Shown: positions 1 through 12,400 of the stretch, piece after piece
Numbering within the stretch: the first letter of the stretch is position 1
Layout of the letters: the number at the start of each line of letters is the position of its first letter
Assembly: GCA_051362555.1 (NCBI GenBank)
Contig: CM120645.1
Span: 7,130,001 to 7,194,000, forward strand
Source: Lingula anatina
Lineage: Eukaryota; Animalia; Brachiopoda
DNA length: 64,000 nucleotides
Reading direction: 5' to 3'
The notes under the pieces: model-generated
Database searches by the model: none
What the model saw: only the letters and a program-made list of their open reading frames with translations
What the model was told of the DNA's origin: nothing
Program-made: the position numbers and the translations under genes

Positions 1-827
1 ACAACGGGGTCTTAAACTCCATGTCGACGTATTTTCACTTCACTCGTTAATGATCAAATCTGCAAATCGGTACTCACCCGTTTCCCTGCCTTTTCCTAAA
101 ATACTTATATGGACTGCAATTGCGATTTTTCTTGATCCGATTATTTCTTTTTATATTTGTAAATAGGTATTTACCTACCAAAGAAGGATGAGTGTTTTTA
201 TATACTGTAAACAAAATCACTTCTCTGGCCATAAATTCGCATTTTTAAGCTGTTTGATAATAATTCTCCAAATAACTAAGCATATATAACTAGATGAACA
301 TGTTTTTTATATCAAAGCTTGACCAGGAGGATCACAATTCTTTCCCTCTTATCTCTGTAACAAATCCTGTGTCCCTTTTCATCACCACTCAAAATTCTAT
401 ACAGCTTACAAAATAACTTCCAAAAAGACTGCTAATTCTAATCCGGATGGAACATTACGGCTATGACTAAGTCCGGACGATCTACGCTTGCACTACAAAT
501 GAGATAAATAAGACAAAAAGACTCTTCAGGCTTTCGCAGGACCTGCCATCTTTGTCGAACTGTTGGCAGGGATATCACCAATATTCTATCCGGCGGATCA
601 CTTGGATCCGTTTGAATTTCTCTGTCTCACACAAATGGCGAAGCTGCCCAGAAGGTTTACGATCAATGCCCCAGTGATGACAGCGGTCCATATGGTCAAC
701 ACGTCGAACTGGGCGGTGGTGACCACACCTGTGAATAGAATAGAAATAAATAAATATATTAATTAATTAATTAATTAATTAATTAATTAACACACAAAAT
801 AACTACTCTGACTGCAAATGTGTACTT

Positions 828-868
<41 letters not shown>

Positions 869-1728
869 TATAATAATAATATACCTAAAAACAAATAACC
901 AAAAAATTATTGTCTACTTCTCGGGTCACGTTTATAAATGCAACTACAGTATATATGGCACATGTCATAAATTGTCAATGCTTCTAAGAAATACTTTTAA
1001 AAAGTCTTAAGAAATAATACTAAAAAGTACAGTACAGGTACATGTTTAATGACTGAAACAGTCACAACGTAACTGTAGGGATGTAGCGTTTCTGTCATCG
1101 CCTTGAATATACTTTGAGATAGCAGATTTTTTGCCTGGAAGGAACGTTCATATGACATGATTCTTGCAAACTGTCAATGTAATACGCACCAGCTTCGTCA
1201 ATGCCTGTCTGCCTGTCAGCTATTGCGGTCGTTTGGAAACACCTGTAGCTTCCGTACGAGTTGATACAGGCGGTTCCAGATGGACACAACTTGGCCGCTG
1301 CAGTGGCGTTTGCACACTCATCGACATCTAGGAGAAATTAAAAAAGGGAAAGAAATAGAAATGCGGGTCGCAGTGACTTTATATCCAGAGCCGCACCTAC
1401 CAGGCGCACTGATAATTTAAACATGTATATTAATATTTAAAATTGCTTTTGGCCGCTCAAAGCTTATCAAAGCCAATTTTCAATAGCTTACTGCACATCC
1501 ATGTGGCCCTCTCTGAACTGCGTTAACCCTGGAAGGCACTTACCCACACACGTGTGCATGTCTGGTGCAAGACGAAACCCTGGTTGACATGAACAGAAGT
1601 AACTTCCGCCTGTGTCCGTGCACCTGTGCTGGCAGCCGCCGTTTCCGGTTGTACATCCAACAATATCTGAAACGAGTCGGATGTCGTTTATAAAAATATC
1701 AATAATAAATCAGACTGAGAATTGAGAA
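1..1728 (-). pseudogene. Duplicated copy of the G2 3' end (EGF, truncated EGF, TM/tail exon, introns, 3' UTR) lying behind G1, partly degenerate
   Basis: Exons, introns and UTR align by eye with ~21880-23790. The tail has TGA (598-600) and TAG (586-588) where G2 has Lys and Tyr, and the ancestral stop persists at 526-528. The EGF start reads xIVGC instead of xFDEC. It may still be spliced onto G1. Confidence 0.5.
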
Positions 1729-4700
1729 TTTATATGTATCTTGACCACATTGTTTTATCGGCTGTATCAAAATTATGTTTGAGGAAAGCTAAAAGTTTAT
1801 GCATGATAAACTTTATGGCGTGAGCACTATTTACCAATGCTACGCCGCCGTCTTCCAGCAGGTGTCCCAATGCAGCGATAGCTTCCATACGTATTGAGAC
1901 ACGTTTGTCCAGCAGAGCACGGACTTGAAGTAGCACATTCGTCCTCGTCTGTAATGAAAAATGTATGTTGATGGTACATAGGATTATTCTTTTTAAAGAA
2001 GTTTCTACCAAACTTAAGAAACATGGCATAGAAACTAGATCTGTTCTTTTGACTTCCCAATAGCCGACCCCTGACTACGGATTATTCACCTGAACAATGC
2101 CTCTCATTTTGAAAAGTGTCACATATATTAAACATTTAGTAAAAAATAATAAGTTTAAGATTCGGTTACCTAGGCAACTGTGTCCGTCGTCAGCCAAAGT
2201 GAATCCTGTACGACACGAGCATATGTAACTTCCCACGGTGTCACTGCAGTTATGGTGGCACCCACCGTTATTCGTGTTACACTCGTTGTCATCTGAAATT
2301 TATCAATATATATATATTAGCCAATTATTTGTTTGATTGCCATTATGCACAAGATGGAAATAAATTGCCAATTTTTATTGAGTTTAAGTTAAGTCAATAT
2401 TTATATCTACCTACCAGTGTGTTGCTCTACACACGGGCCACCATTGGTATATTTGGTTTAAAGAACTTAATTTCCTAGGCGATTAAGAGAAAATCGCTGA
2501 GGTTTCAGAGTTTTTGCTGAATGAAATTCTAAGTCTATTTTATGCTTTAAAACATCGGTTGTACTTACTGGCACAATCGGTTCCGTTTACAGATACAGCA
2601 ACACCGTTTATATGACAGATGCACTGGATACCAGCATCCAAGGTATGTATGCAGTTGACATTTTCAACTAGAAAACAATGATAATTGTGGATTAGGATTT
2701 CGAGACATGATAAAAGACGACAAAGGCAGCAGCACAGTATAGCAGTGTAACACTCGAAATATTCAGCTTAAGGTTTGACCAAAAATAATTTATCAGAAAT
2801 CTGTGCAAAATTTAAATTCAAGGGCTTGTAAACTACCTGTATTGAAGTTATTGAATTTTGAAATTTGTAACAGTTTTAGCCACCCGTTACTACGATACAC
2901 CCAACTATTTGAGAGTACTATACTTACTGCTGCATCCTGGTATGGTGAGAGGAACCAGCTTGAAGCCAGTCTCACAGAGGCAGCAGTAGCCGTCGTATAT
3001 GTCCACACAGATATGGGAACAGTTGCCATTGTTGTCCAGACACTCATTGACGGCTGATGTACAAAATACATAAAAATTAATATGTGTAGATTAATCAAAG
3101 ATTATTTATATCTACAGATAATGGATTTTATAAAAGAAACTTGAAACGTATTTTGATTCAAATTACAAAGCGTGCAGCACTTCAACGAAGTGCGTTATTT
3201 ACATACTTATTTTTAAAAAATATTTCTACAATAAACAAACAAGATTTGTTAAAATAAGGCGAGAGGCACGCTTAACAAAATCAGAGTCCAGTTATTCTGA
3301 TATCATACAGGCAAATTTCCCAAGTTAAATTTTTATTCTATAAAAAGGTTCTTCAAATTAATTAGGCAATACGTAAAAATACAATGACGTTTTTCCCAGT
3401 GCTTTTAATCTATGTGAATGTGAACCATATATACAGCTAACCGTAGGGAGATGCCTGTCCAGGAGGCCCGGGGGGTCCTGGGGGTCCTCCTGGTGGTCCC
3501 GGGGGTCCAGGAGGACCCTGGAGCCCAATTGAGCCAGATTGTCCAGTAGGTCCAGTGTCTCCTGTAATTCCTTGAACGCCGGGTTGACCGGAAGCACCGG
3601 GCATTCCCGTGTCTCCTTGACGACCGTTTGCACCAGCGGCACCTGGCGTGGAATAAAAATGACGCAAAATTTATTTAAGCAGTTGCTTCATTGAGAACAA
3701 GCGCATAATTGTTGTGTATAAAGATGTGAATTCGGTATTTTGTACGTATTCTGTTACGGGTAAACACGCCCTATCGTGAAAATGGACAGCAAGGTTGGTT
3801 TATGAGCCCAAAGATCGAAACATCGCCGATCACTTACCTGACATTCAAAAAAGTTATTATTGTTATTATTACCATTTTTATTGTAATAATTTGGAGCGTA
3901 ACCTGACGGTTAAGACAACTCATGTTTGATGACATATGTTTCCTGACCCCCTGAATGTGAAAGCGACATTGGGGAAACTAAAATACCAGTGCTATTCCCA
4001 ATAATGATACACGTGAATGCAGTTGTCTTACTTCCTTTTTGTTCCACCGTGTATACGTTGAACTTATAAGTTCCAGAGTTCAAATATCTTTCAAAGTCTG
4101 AAGTAACGGATTTCACTCCTACCACCATCTCATTTGGTCTTGGTTCACCGCGATATTCACAACATGTACACCAATTTATTAAAAAAAATGCTATGCAAAT
4201 GAAAGTTCATGACAAATGAAATTTCATGGCATTAAATGTAATCTCTTACAAATGTGAAAACAGTATCATGTGCACGTACCTGTGATTCCAGTGATACCGG
4301 TCTGTCCAGTTGGTCCAGTATGACCGGCTGGTCCAGTGAGACCAACGTTACCTATAAAGGAAATATACCATATCAACTAAAGCGAGAAACCAATTAAAAT
4401 GACTAATACAGGTGGGACATGTACAGGTATGATTGTCCTAGGGATTCATGTTCAGGGACCCATATGATAAAACCATAATTGATTTATATTAGGAAATAAA
4501 TAACATCAACAACAAGTGTTGATAGATTAATATACATTGTTGTTATCACGTGATGTGAGTAGTATTTTGTTGTCCGTCATACACTTAACCCTTAATCCGC
4601 ATGACCATATAATTAATATTTAGAAGTATTTCGGGTCAATATTTACCTTGGGCTCCAGTCGCCCCAACAGGGCCCTGTTGGCCCTTCTCTCCTTTCATTC

Positions 4701-5274
4701 CCTGCTGGCCCTGTGGCCCGGCTGGCCCCAATGAGCCCGTGGGGCCCTGTGAACCCGGAGCGCCGGTAAATCCTACCTCACCTGAAAAATTATTGTTCAC
4801 ACGTTAAATTTGTGTCGGGCTGAAAGATGGATTACGACCGTGCCATGTACCAGAAAGTGCCCCGTGATAGACAGTCCGCTTCCCATTATTTTGTACCAGT
4901 GAGCTTTGCCTTTGATTCTGTCCCACTTAGGTAAGACTAACCCTAACCATTATAACTGTATGGAGGGCGGACTTCCTGTCATACGGATCCACAGTTTCAT
5001 GACACCGGCATTCAGTCTTTTTATCAACGTGTGTTAAGATACTTCATGGTATATTACCACTTCATAGGATAAGAATTACTACTTCGTGATAGAAGGCGAC
5101 TTCATTGGTTAAAAAATAAGGACCCTTAGGAGACTTCGTAGTATATTACCACTTCATGGTACATTGTATCCAAACATGTTTCAGTTCTGGTTGGATGTGG
5201 AAATTAGGCGTAAAGGTCGATATGAAGTTTCATTCTAGACCATGATTTCCAGAGTGACGCGTGTATTTGAAATG

Positions 5275-5325
<51 letters not shown>

Positions 5326-7670
5326 GAGTAACATTACTCACTCTCATGATAGTGCGTATTTTATCTCGTTGGAGTTTAATGAAGCTGTTATTTTCAGATG
5401 TTCTCGTAGATACCCGTGAGATTAACTTCTATAAATAATGTACTTTATTTCAAGAGCTCCAGTCCAGTGACGGAAAGCATAAAGCTATTTTTTTGTTTTA
5501 CCCATTTAGTTTTGAGATTTTTCAGATTTCAGGACGATTAAAAACTGACAATATTTGGACGTTGAATCATGGCGGGTCTAAGGCACTAGATGTATAAGAC
5601 AAACGAAGTGTATAAATAAACACATTGCCTGCCTCTAAACTAGGGCATAAAACTGACCATGTGTGATTTGATTGGCGGCGCAGGTTTATAGATGTGGCTA
5701 GTACACAGTAGCAAGAATGTATGTCTTTCCACTGTAGGTAGAGAACTCTACTAGGCAGAGAGGTTTTAATTTTGCTCCACATTAGGTGTACATTAATATC
5801 CTTAACAAACCGTCTATTCCATTATTCGTGTTATAGAAGTATTCTCTTTTTGTAACTATGACGTAAATGTTATGACTTGTAATAACAAGCTGTAAAAATA
5901 GGCTTTTCTATTGATATGCAAGATAAATGTTTCGAAAATATCTCGGTCGTTTAAAAAGATTGACCTCCTGGCCTATATATACTAAATGAAAACGCTTAGG
6001 TCGGAAAGTCTGAAATCTGAATGATTTGAAACGGTCAACTGTCCAGATAGATAATGGGGAGAATGAAATACTGGGGATTTATAAAACTGGTGTAGAGCCG
6101 CATTTTGCAACTGCAACGCATTTTGCAACCAAAGAAAATCGTGACAACGAATTTTTCAACCGGAACGCATTTTGCAACCAGAATTTTTTCTAAGTCAATA
6201 AATAGCTAGTGTGAAGTTCTATAAAGGTAAAATTGGAATGGGGACGGGGTTGTCTCGGCTAGGTACGCTTACATTGGTAAAGCTTTCCCTGTGGTGTACA
6301 ATTTATTATATACATACATAATCTATTTCACATTGTCACTTCCTAAACCATCATAGTTAGGAACTTGATACGTCGGGGATTCATAGACCTATCATTATAG
6401 GCATTTGCAAAGGCTCTTCGGAATTCAATTGTGACTTGGGGTGTGGTCGACCCTGGGGGTGGTCTATTCTAATTTTTTCATCGTATTTTATGCTAGGAAC
6501 ATGAAACGTGGCTACATACTATTTTGAATCTGGAAGGGCACTTCGGATTTTTTTTTTTTTTTTTTTTTTTTTGGGGGGGGGGGGAGGGGGCTGGGGGCGG
6601 TTGAGTCTAATTGGCATTGTTATTCCTGCTATATCTATCCTTAGACCAATAAAGCTGGGAACGTAAGGCTATGGGGATTGAAAAATCTGTCTTTGGGGAT
6701 GTGTATGGGTCCTTCTGGGTTTTTGTGACATTGGGTGTGGCCGTCCCTGGGGAGGTTGATTTTAAATTTTACATCGTTATTCGTGCTTCTACCCTTACGC
6801 CATTACAGTTGAGAACGTGAAACCTTCCTGGCTGATAAGCTTACCATTGAGGATATGTATAGGTTTCCGGGAATGTTAGTATGATATTTCAGGTGTGGCT
6901 ATCCCGGGGGGGGGGGGGTTCATTCTATTTTTCACAACTTTATTTCTGCCATCTATACCCTTAAATTTTAATGAACATGAAACGGAGATTGATGAACCAG
7001 TCATTTTAATGAATGTGCATGGGTCCTTGAGAAATGTAGAGAACAGCAGAAGCACATACAGAACTAAATGGTCTTCCAGCCATATGCATAAATATAGGTC
7101 AGGGAATCCAATTAAAAACTAATTCAAGGCCCCACACACTCGATCAGGAATCCTAGCGTTTAACTGCTGATGTGTCTTAACAAAAATCAAAAATGTTTAT
7201 TTCCCAAGAGCAGTAATAAACATGTGTGTTTTATGTTAAAGAACAATATTGGGACTTGGACCCTAGGATTCCTGAGAGTATGGGGTCTTGAATGGGTTTT
7301 AATTAACTTGACCTATATTCAAGAATACGACTGAAGGTCTGTTATTTAGTACTGTCTGCTGCTTGCTCTACATTTCCCCTTCCTTCTTAACTCGAAGACC
7401 GCCATCAGATTCACACATAGGATGTAGTACTAGCTGGGTCGGTCCAACTCTGCAAGGAATCTTAAGTGCAATCTATGGAATCAGCTTCATTGCCTGACAA
7501 ACCACTAATCACTCCACCCCCTAGGGACGGCCACACCCCAAGTCACACTAATGTAGCCCACCCATGCACCAAAGACTCATGTTCCTAATTCGAATGGTCT
7601 AGGGGGAGATGAAATAAATTACGGTAATATATACGTGTACCATCCCCAGGGACAGCCACACCCCCGGTCA

Positions 7671-7705
<35 letters not shown>

Positions 7706-9450
7706 TGCCTATGCACACCCCGAAATTTTAGTTTCCTCAACATAAAGACCTATGGGTATATAGCAGAAAATACAATTTAAAGATAATAATCAACCACCCC
7801 TAGGTCACCAAAGTCAGCAAAAATCCGAAGGACACGTGCACATCCCTAATGGCAAGTTTAAATATCCCCAACGTCTCATGTTCCTCACTTTAATGGATAG
7901 AGGATACCAGTAACAACGATATAAAAAATATATACCCCCCCAAGGACTGCAAAGTCCCACTACTAAATGTCTACGGGTAGATAGCAGGAATTACGATGTA
8001 AAAATTACAATCAACCACAATTACAATCAACCACAATTCTGAATAAATATCAATCTTCAGGCCTGTTGATCTCGCAGATCAATTACGTTAGTAAGCCTAC
8101 TAAACAACGAGTAGCCCCCCCCCCCTCCCGAACGCCTTTTTAACAGGTTTCCAAATGCAGACTGTGCCGCAGATAATACTTTTGGGTCAATTGAGAGCCA
8201 CCCAAGGGCACATTTCGGGAACACCATTGATCACGCCATGATGGACATTCACAGGTGTAGGACCAGAACAGAGCATCTCAGAAACCAAGGGATGTAAATC
8301 ATTACACTTGCGCGTGTCTTTCCTCATGGAAAAATTTGTCTTTTCAGAGGGGGACGCGACTTGATCAAGATAATTGTAGAGCACAATTATATACACGACC
8401 TTCTCTGCTTCTTTTTATTATCTATTTATTCATCTTTAATAATTGATTCCTATTTGTTTATTTATCCATCTTATAATCCAGTAACCTACGCGTAATATTA
8501 TCTTTTCATAGCCTGGTTTCCCTAATCCATTAGTTTTATGCATCAAGCGGATCTGGGAAGGGAGGGCCCAGGGGGTCTGAACCCCCTTTTCTTCAACGCT
8601 GACCATAATGTCCCATAATGTAATGATTTTTAGAAATACTGAATCCTCACCTACATACGCCTGTGTATTTAAAAATTACTCAAAACATGCTTCCAATACC
8701 TCTAAAGAAACCCTATTCAGTCATACAAGTGAATCAAAACGTACAGTTTACCTATTTTGGATAATATTTACAGTACCAAAACATTATATTTCAAAAACGT
8801 TCTCTCTCATAGCGTTGGGCCAACAACAGGTACTATTTCACCATTATTCCATGAAGTCGCAGGCAATATCTTAAGTGGAGATGAAGTCGCAATTTATCCT
8901 ATGAAGTCGATTTGGCAGTAAAATCAGAGCATTTATCCCATGAAGTGGTAATATACCATGAAGTATCTTAACAAACGTGTCAAGAATTATACGGTATATA
9001 AAAAAATAACCCAGCCCATTAGGTTTGAAAGATAATATTTCATGTATTACACAGTCGATTGTATCGTATACAGGTAGCGTATATTGTGTTCAGGTATTTC
9101 GCCTGTTTTTCATACCCTTGTCCAAAGAAACAGTTGCTTGGCGTGGTCGGTTTATGCCTTATAGTTAAAGTCTACCTTATCGAGATTACAGAATTCAGGA
9201 CTAGACCTCTGGGGAATGTGCATTTTGACATTGCCCCTTGCTGGAGACCACAAGATAGACAAATTATAGATAAACACAAATGTTTCTCACCCAATAAAGG
9301 TCGATGGACTAGTAAGGTGAAATGCGGTAGAGATGTCTCGTCTCGCTGTATATTGGGCGAAAAAAGTACATGGAGATTTTACGAGAACATTGTCAAGTAA
9401 AAAAAGGACAGGGTGTGTGAACTGGTTGCAGTGGTTGCAGTCGGCATTAG

Positions 9451-9490
<40 letters not shown>

Positions 9491-12400
9491 AAGACGACTT
9501 TTTGTTATATCAAAAAGAAGGGACCGTTTATGCTGCATATATTGAATTAGTCCATGCAGTCCTACCTTTCGGACCGGGGGCCCCAGGTGCTCCAACGGCT
9601 CCAGTCACTCCAGCAGGCCCAGTGGCACCTGTCTGGCCAACCAAACCCTGTACACCCTGAAGACCCTTGATTCCTTGTTCTCCCTTGACCCCCTGGTCGC
9701 CCTTTTGGCCTGCGCTTCCCTTCTCGCCCTTTGCGCCAACTAGACCTTGGGGCCCAATGGAACCGGTAGCACCTTGGTAAATATAAGTTAAATTATAATC
9801 TTAACGTAGTTTGATTCAAACTGGTGATAGGAAATTGTGACATTCTGAATCCATAAGAGATGAATGACCCCTTAAAATTCTGAATTTATTGAACGGTTTT
9901 AATTTATACATAGTTGGTTAAAATTTGTGATTTTGTTGTTCCTTATTTACTTTATAAACAAACTATAAACGTCATACATGTAGTAACCGTTATTCCAAAT
10001 AATTTCAGAGCGTTTAAAAGTTATTGTAATCTCACGTTTACAAAATGAGCTCCAAAATTAACAACGGGAACAGCAAGGGTTTTTACTAGGCAGATGCAAG
10101 TGAAATGAACGAGATATTCCAATAAATTCAGAATACAATTAATGTAATTCTTTTTGTATATACTGTGAAAATGACCTACCTGGGCTTCCTGTCTGACCAA
10201 CAGCTCCAGTGTTTCCAGTTTGGCCACGTTGACCTTCTGGACCTGCTGGACCCTGAATGCCCTGCTCACCCTTTTGACCTGTGGCGCCGGTCGAACCCTT
10301 ATCGCCCTTGAAACCTGATATTGAATTATTATTATATATTTCATTTACTTATATTATATAATATTATAATATTACTGGATTATTATTATTATTTTCTAGG
10401 CAACTCATTTATAACGTTAATCTTGACTCTAACTGCCAGTAGTCATATCCATGTCTTGTAAAGCTTTTTATATTTTACAACTCTTGAGACAATAAAACAT
10501 TTACATTAAAGTTTATCTGAAGCGTGTCTCGTTTTGTTATTATCTTTAAGTCTCCTTTGACAGACATTTGCCAACATGTAACGTCTGTATTATACACGGC
10601 ACAGCTGGGGCCGAGATACAAAACAGCCCGCCATCATCTTGCCTGAGAACGAGGCAATGTGTGTGACGGCAGATGTCGTAAAAATGACTGGCCAGTCATT
10701 TTAAACTAAAGTATTAAATTAAAAAAGGAATATAACATCAAATCCAAGTGGAGGGACGGAAAGAAAGCAATTTTTCTGGAATTGCTCTTCATCCCAGTAA
10801 AATCCCCATGGAGCCCTTTAGGCCATTCATTCCATATGTATGAAGGACTTGTTACAATTACTAAGCGAAAATCACGTTACCTTGTGGCCCGACTGATCCC
10901 TGGAGACCAGTAGCACCCTGGGGGCCCACGTCTCCTTTAATTCCCTGGGGTCCAGTGGCACCTGTATTACCAATGCTACCAACTTCGCCCTTTTGTCCTT
11001 GAGCACCGGTCTCACCTTGAAGTATGTACAAACTTTTGTTAAACCAGGTATAAACGAATGCATGAGTTTTGTAAGTAATAAAAAAATTATTACCATATCC
11101 CAGTAAAAAGTATGCTTTTCATGCAAAAGTATGCACAAAAGTCCCTTAGTTTTTCAACTCCTTATATACGCATGTTACGAACGAACCGTAGATATCCCCT
11201 TATATTAGTTCAATTAGTTGATCGACTGACTGTTTGATTGGACTGAACGATTCATTGATTGAATACCGAAATATATATTGAACAAATACTGCTCCCAAAT
11301 AGCTGCAGTGGAAACTGTTACCTTCCAGCCAGCACGTACGTTCGCGTGTGTGCATATTCACGTCACTACGTGCTTACCTGTTCCACCTGTCTCTCCTGTT
11401 GGACCAACAGGACCCACGTTACCCTGTGGTCCCACTGCACCCTGGTCCCCTTTATTGCCCTTGAACCCTACCTCTCCCTTGGATCCCATGGGCCCGGGTT
11501 CTCCCTTTTCACCTTTGGATTGCAAATATTGTATTATATTATTACTGTAATATTTTTTTTAAGTGACATGGGAGTAAAACCTGTACAGTTATTGCAATGA
11601 ACAAGTGTATCAGATTCACTGCACAGACAATATTCATATAATATTTATGTCGACAGCCCTTCTGGTTTCTAGTTAATTTAACAACCGACGTCTACTGGAG
11701 TGTGCCAAATAATAACAGAATCCTTATACACGACACATATGCTAAGTGAGTACTCTTATACATATACTCGTACATACCTTGAATACCGATAGGTCCCTGT
11801 ACACCTTGCTCTCCCTTAGGTCCATCAGCTCCAGTGACGCCGGCATTTCCAGCTGGACCCTGCAGACCTGTGGCTCCCTGAGGTCCGTGCTCACCCTTGC
11901 TACCCTTACTACCAGGTGAGCCCATTGCCCCTGCTATACCCTGCACACCGCGCTCTCCCTTGGCGCCTGTTGGCCCTGGGGGCCCTGAAACCGGATATCA
12001 TGGACTGTGTCATGAGATCATGTTATTCATTCTGCAGATTCAGCAGATTGTGTCGTACAGATTATATAAGAGAGAATAAAGTGCACTGCATGTATTTTGG
12101 AAAACTCACCTGCGTTTCCTTGAACCCCCTGCAATCCGGTATGTCCACTGGCGCCTGTTTGACCAGTTGGTCCGGTTTCTCCGAATCCGGTGGGTCCTTG
12201 AGCGCCTGTTGCACCGTTGGGGCCGGCTGGGCCTATGCTGCCAGTATGACCTTTTGAAAGTGAAACCACAAGACTGTTATAGCTGTCTTGATGAAAATAT
12301 TTGAATAGATAAAACTACCGGTATATCAAAATGCTCTCTTAAGAAAAAGACAAAAAAAGGATATTTTTTTCTGAAGTCAGTAATGAGAGACGACCGTCGC

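Larger units (their letters stand above)
5027..8978. mobile_element. Non-autonomous TIR DNA element (~3.95 kb) in a G1 intron, with nested inserts
   Basis: ~45-bp terminal inverted repeats (ACGTKTGTTAAGATACTTCATGGTATATTACCACTTCATRGGATAA) with subterminal ACTTCAT / ATGAAGT copies at both ends. No transposase ORF; TSD not resolved. Confidence 0.75.

Noticed and set aside
6099-6180. Short repeats CGCATTTTGCAAC resembling a spaced array
   Set aside because: Irregular spacing in a eukaryotic intron; these are transposon subterminal-type repeats, not CRISPR.
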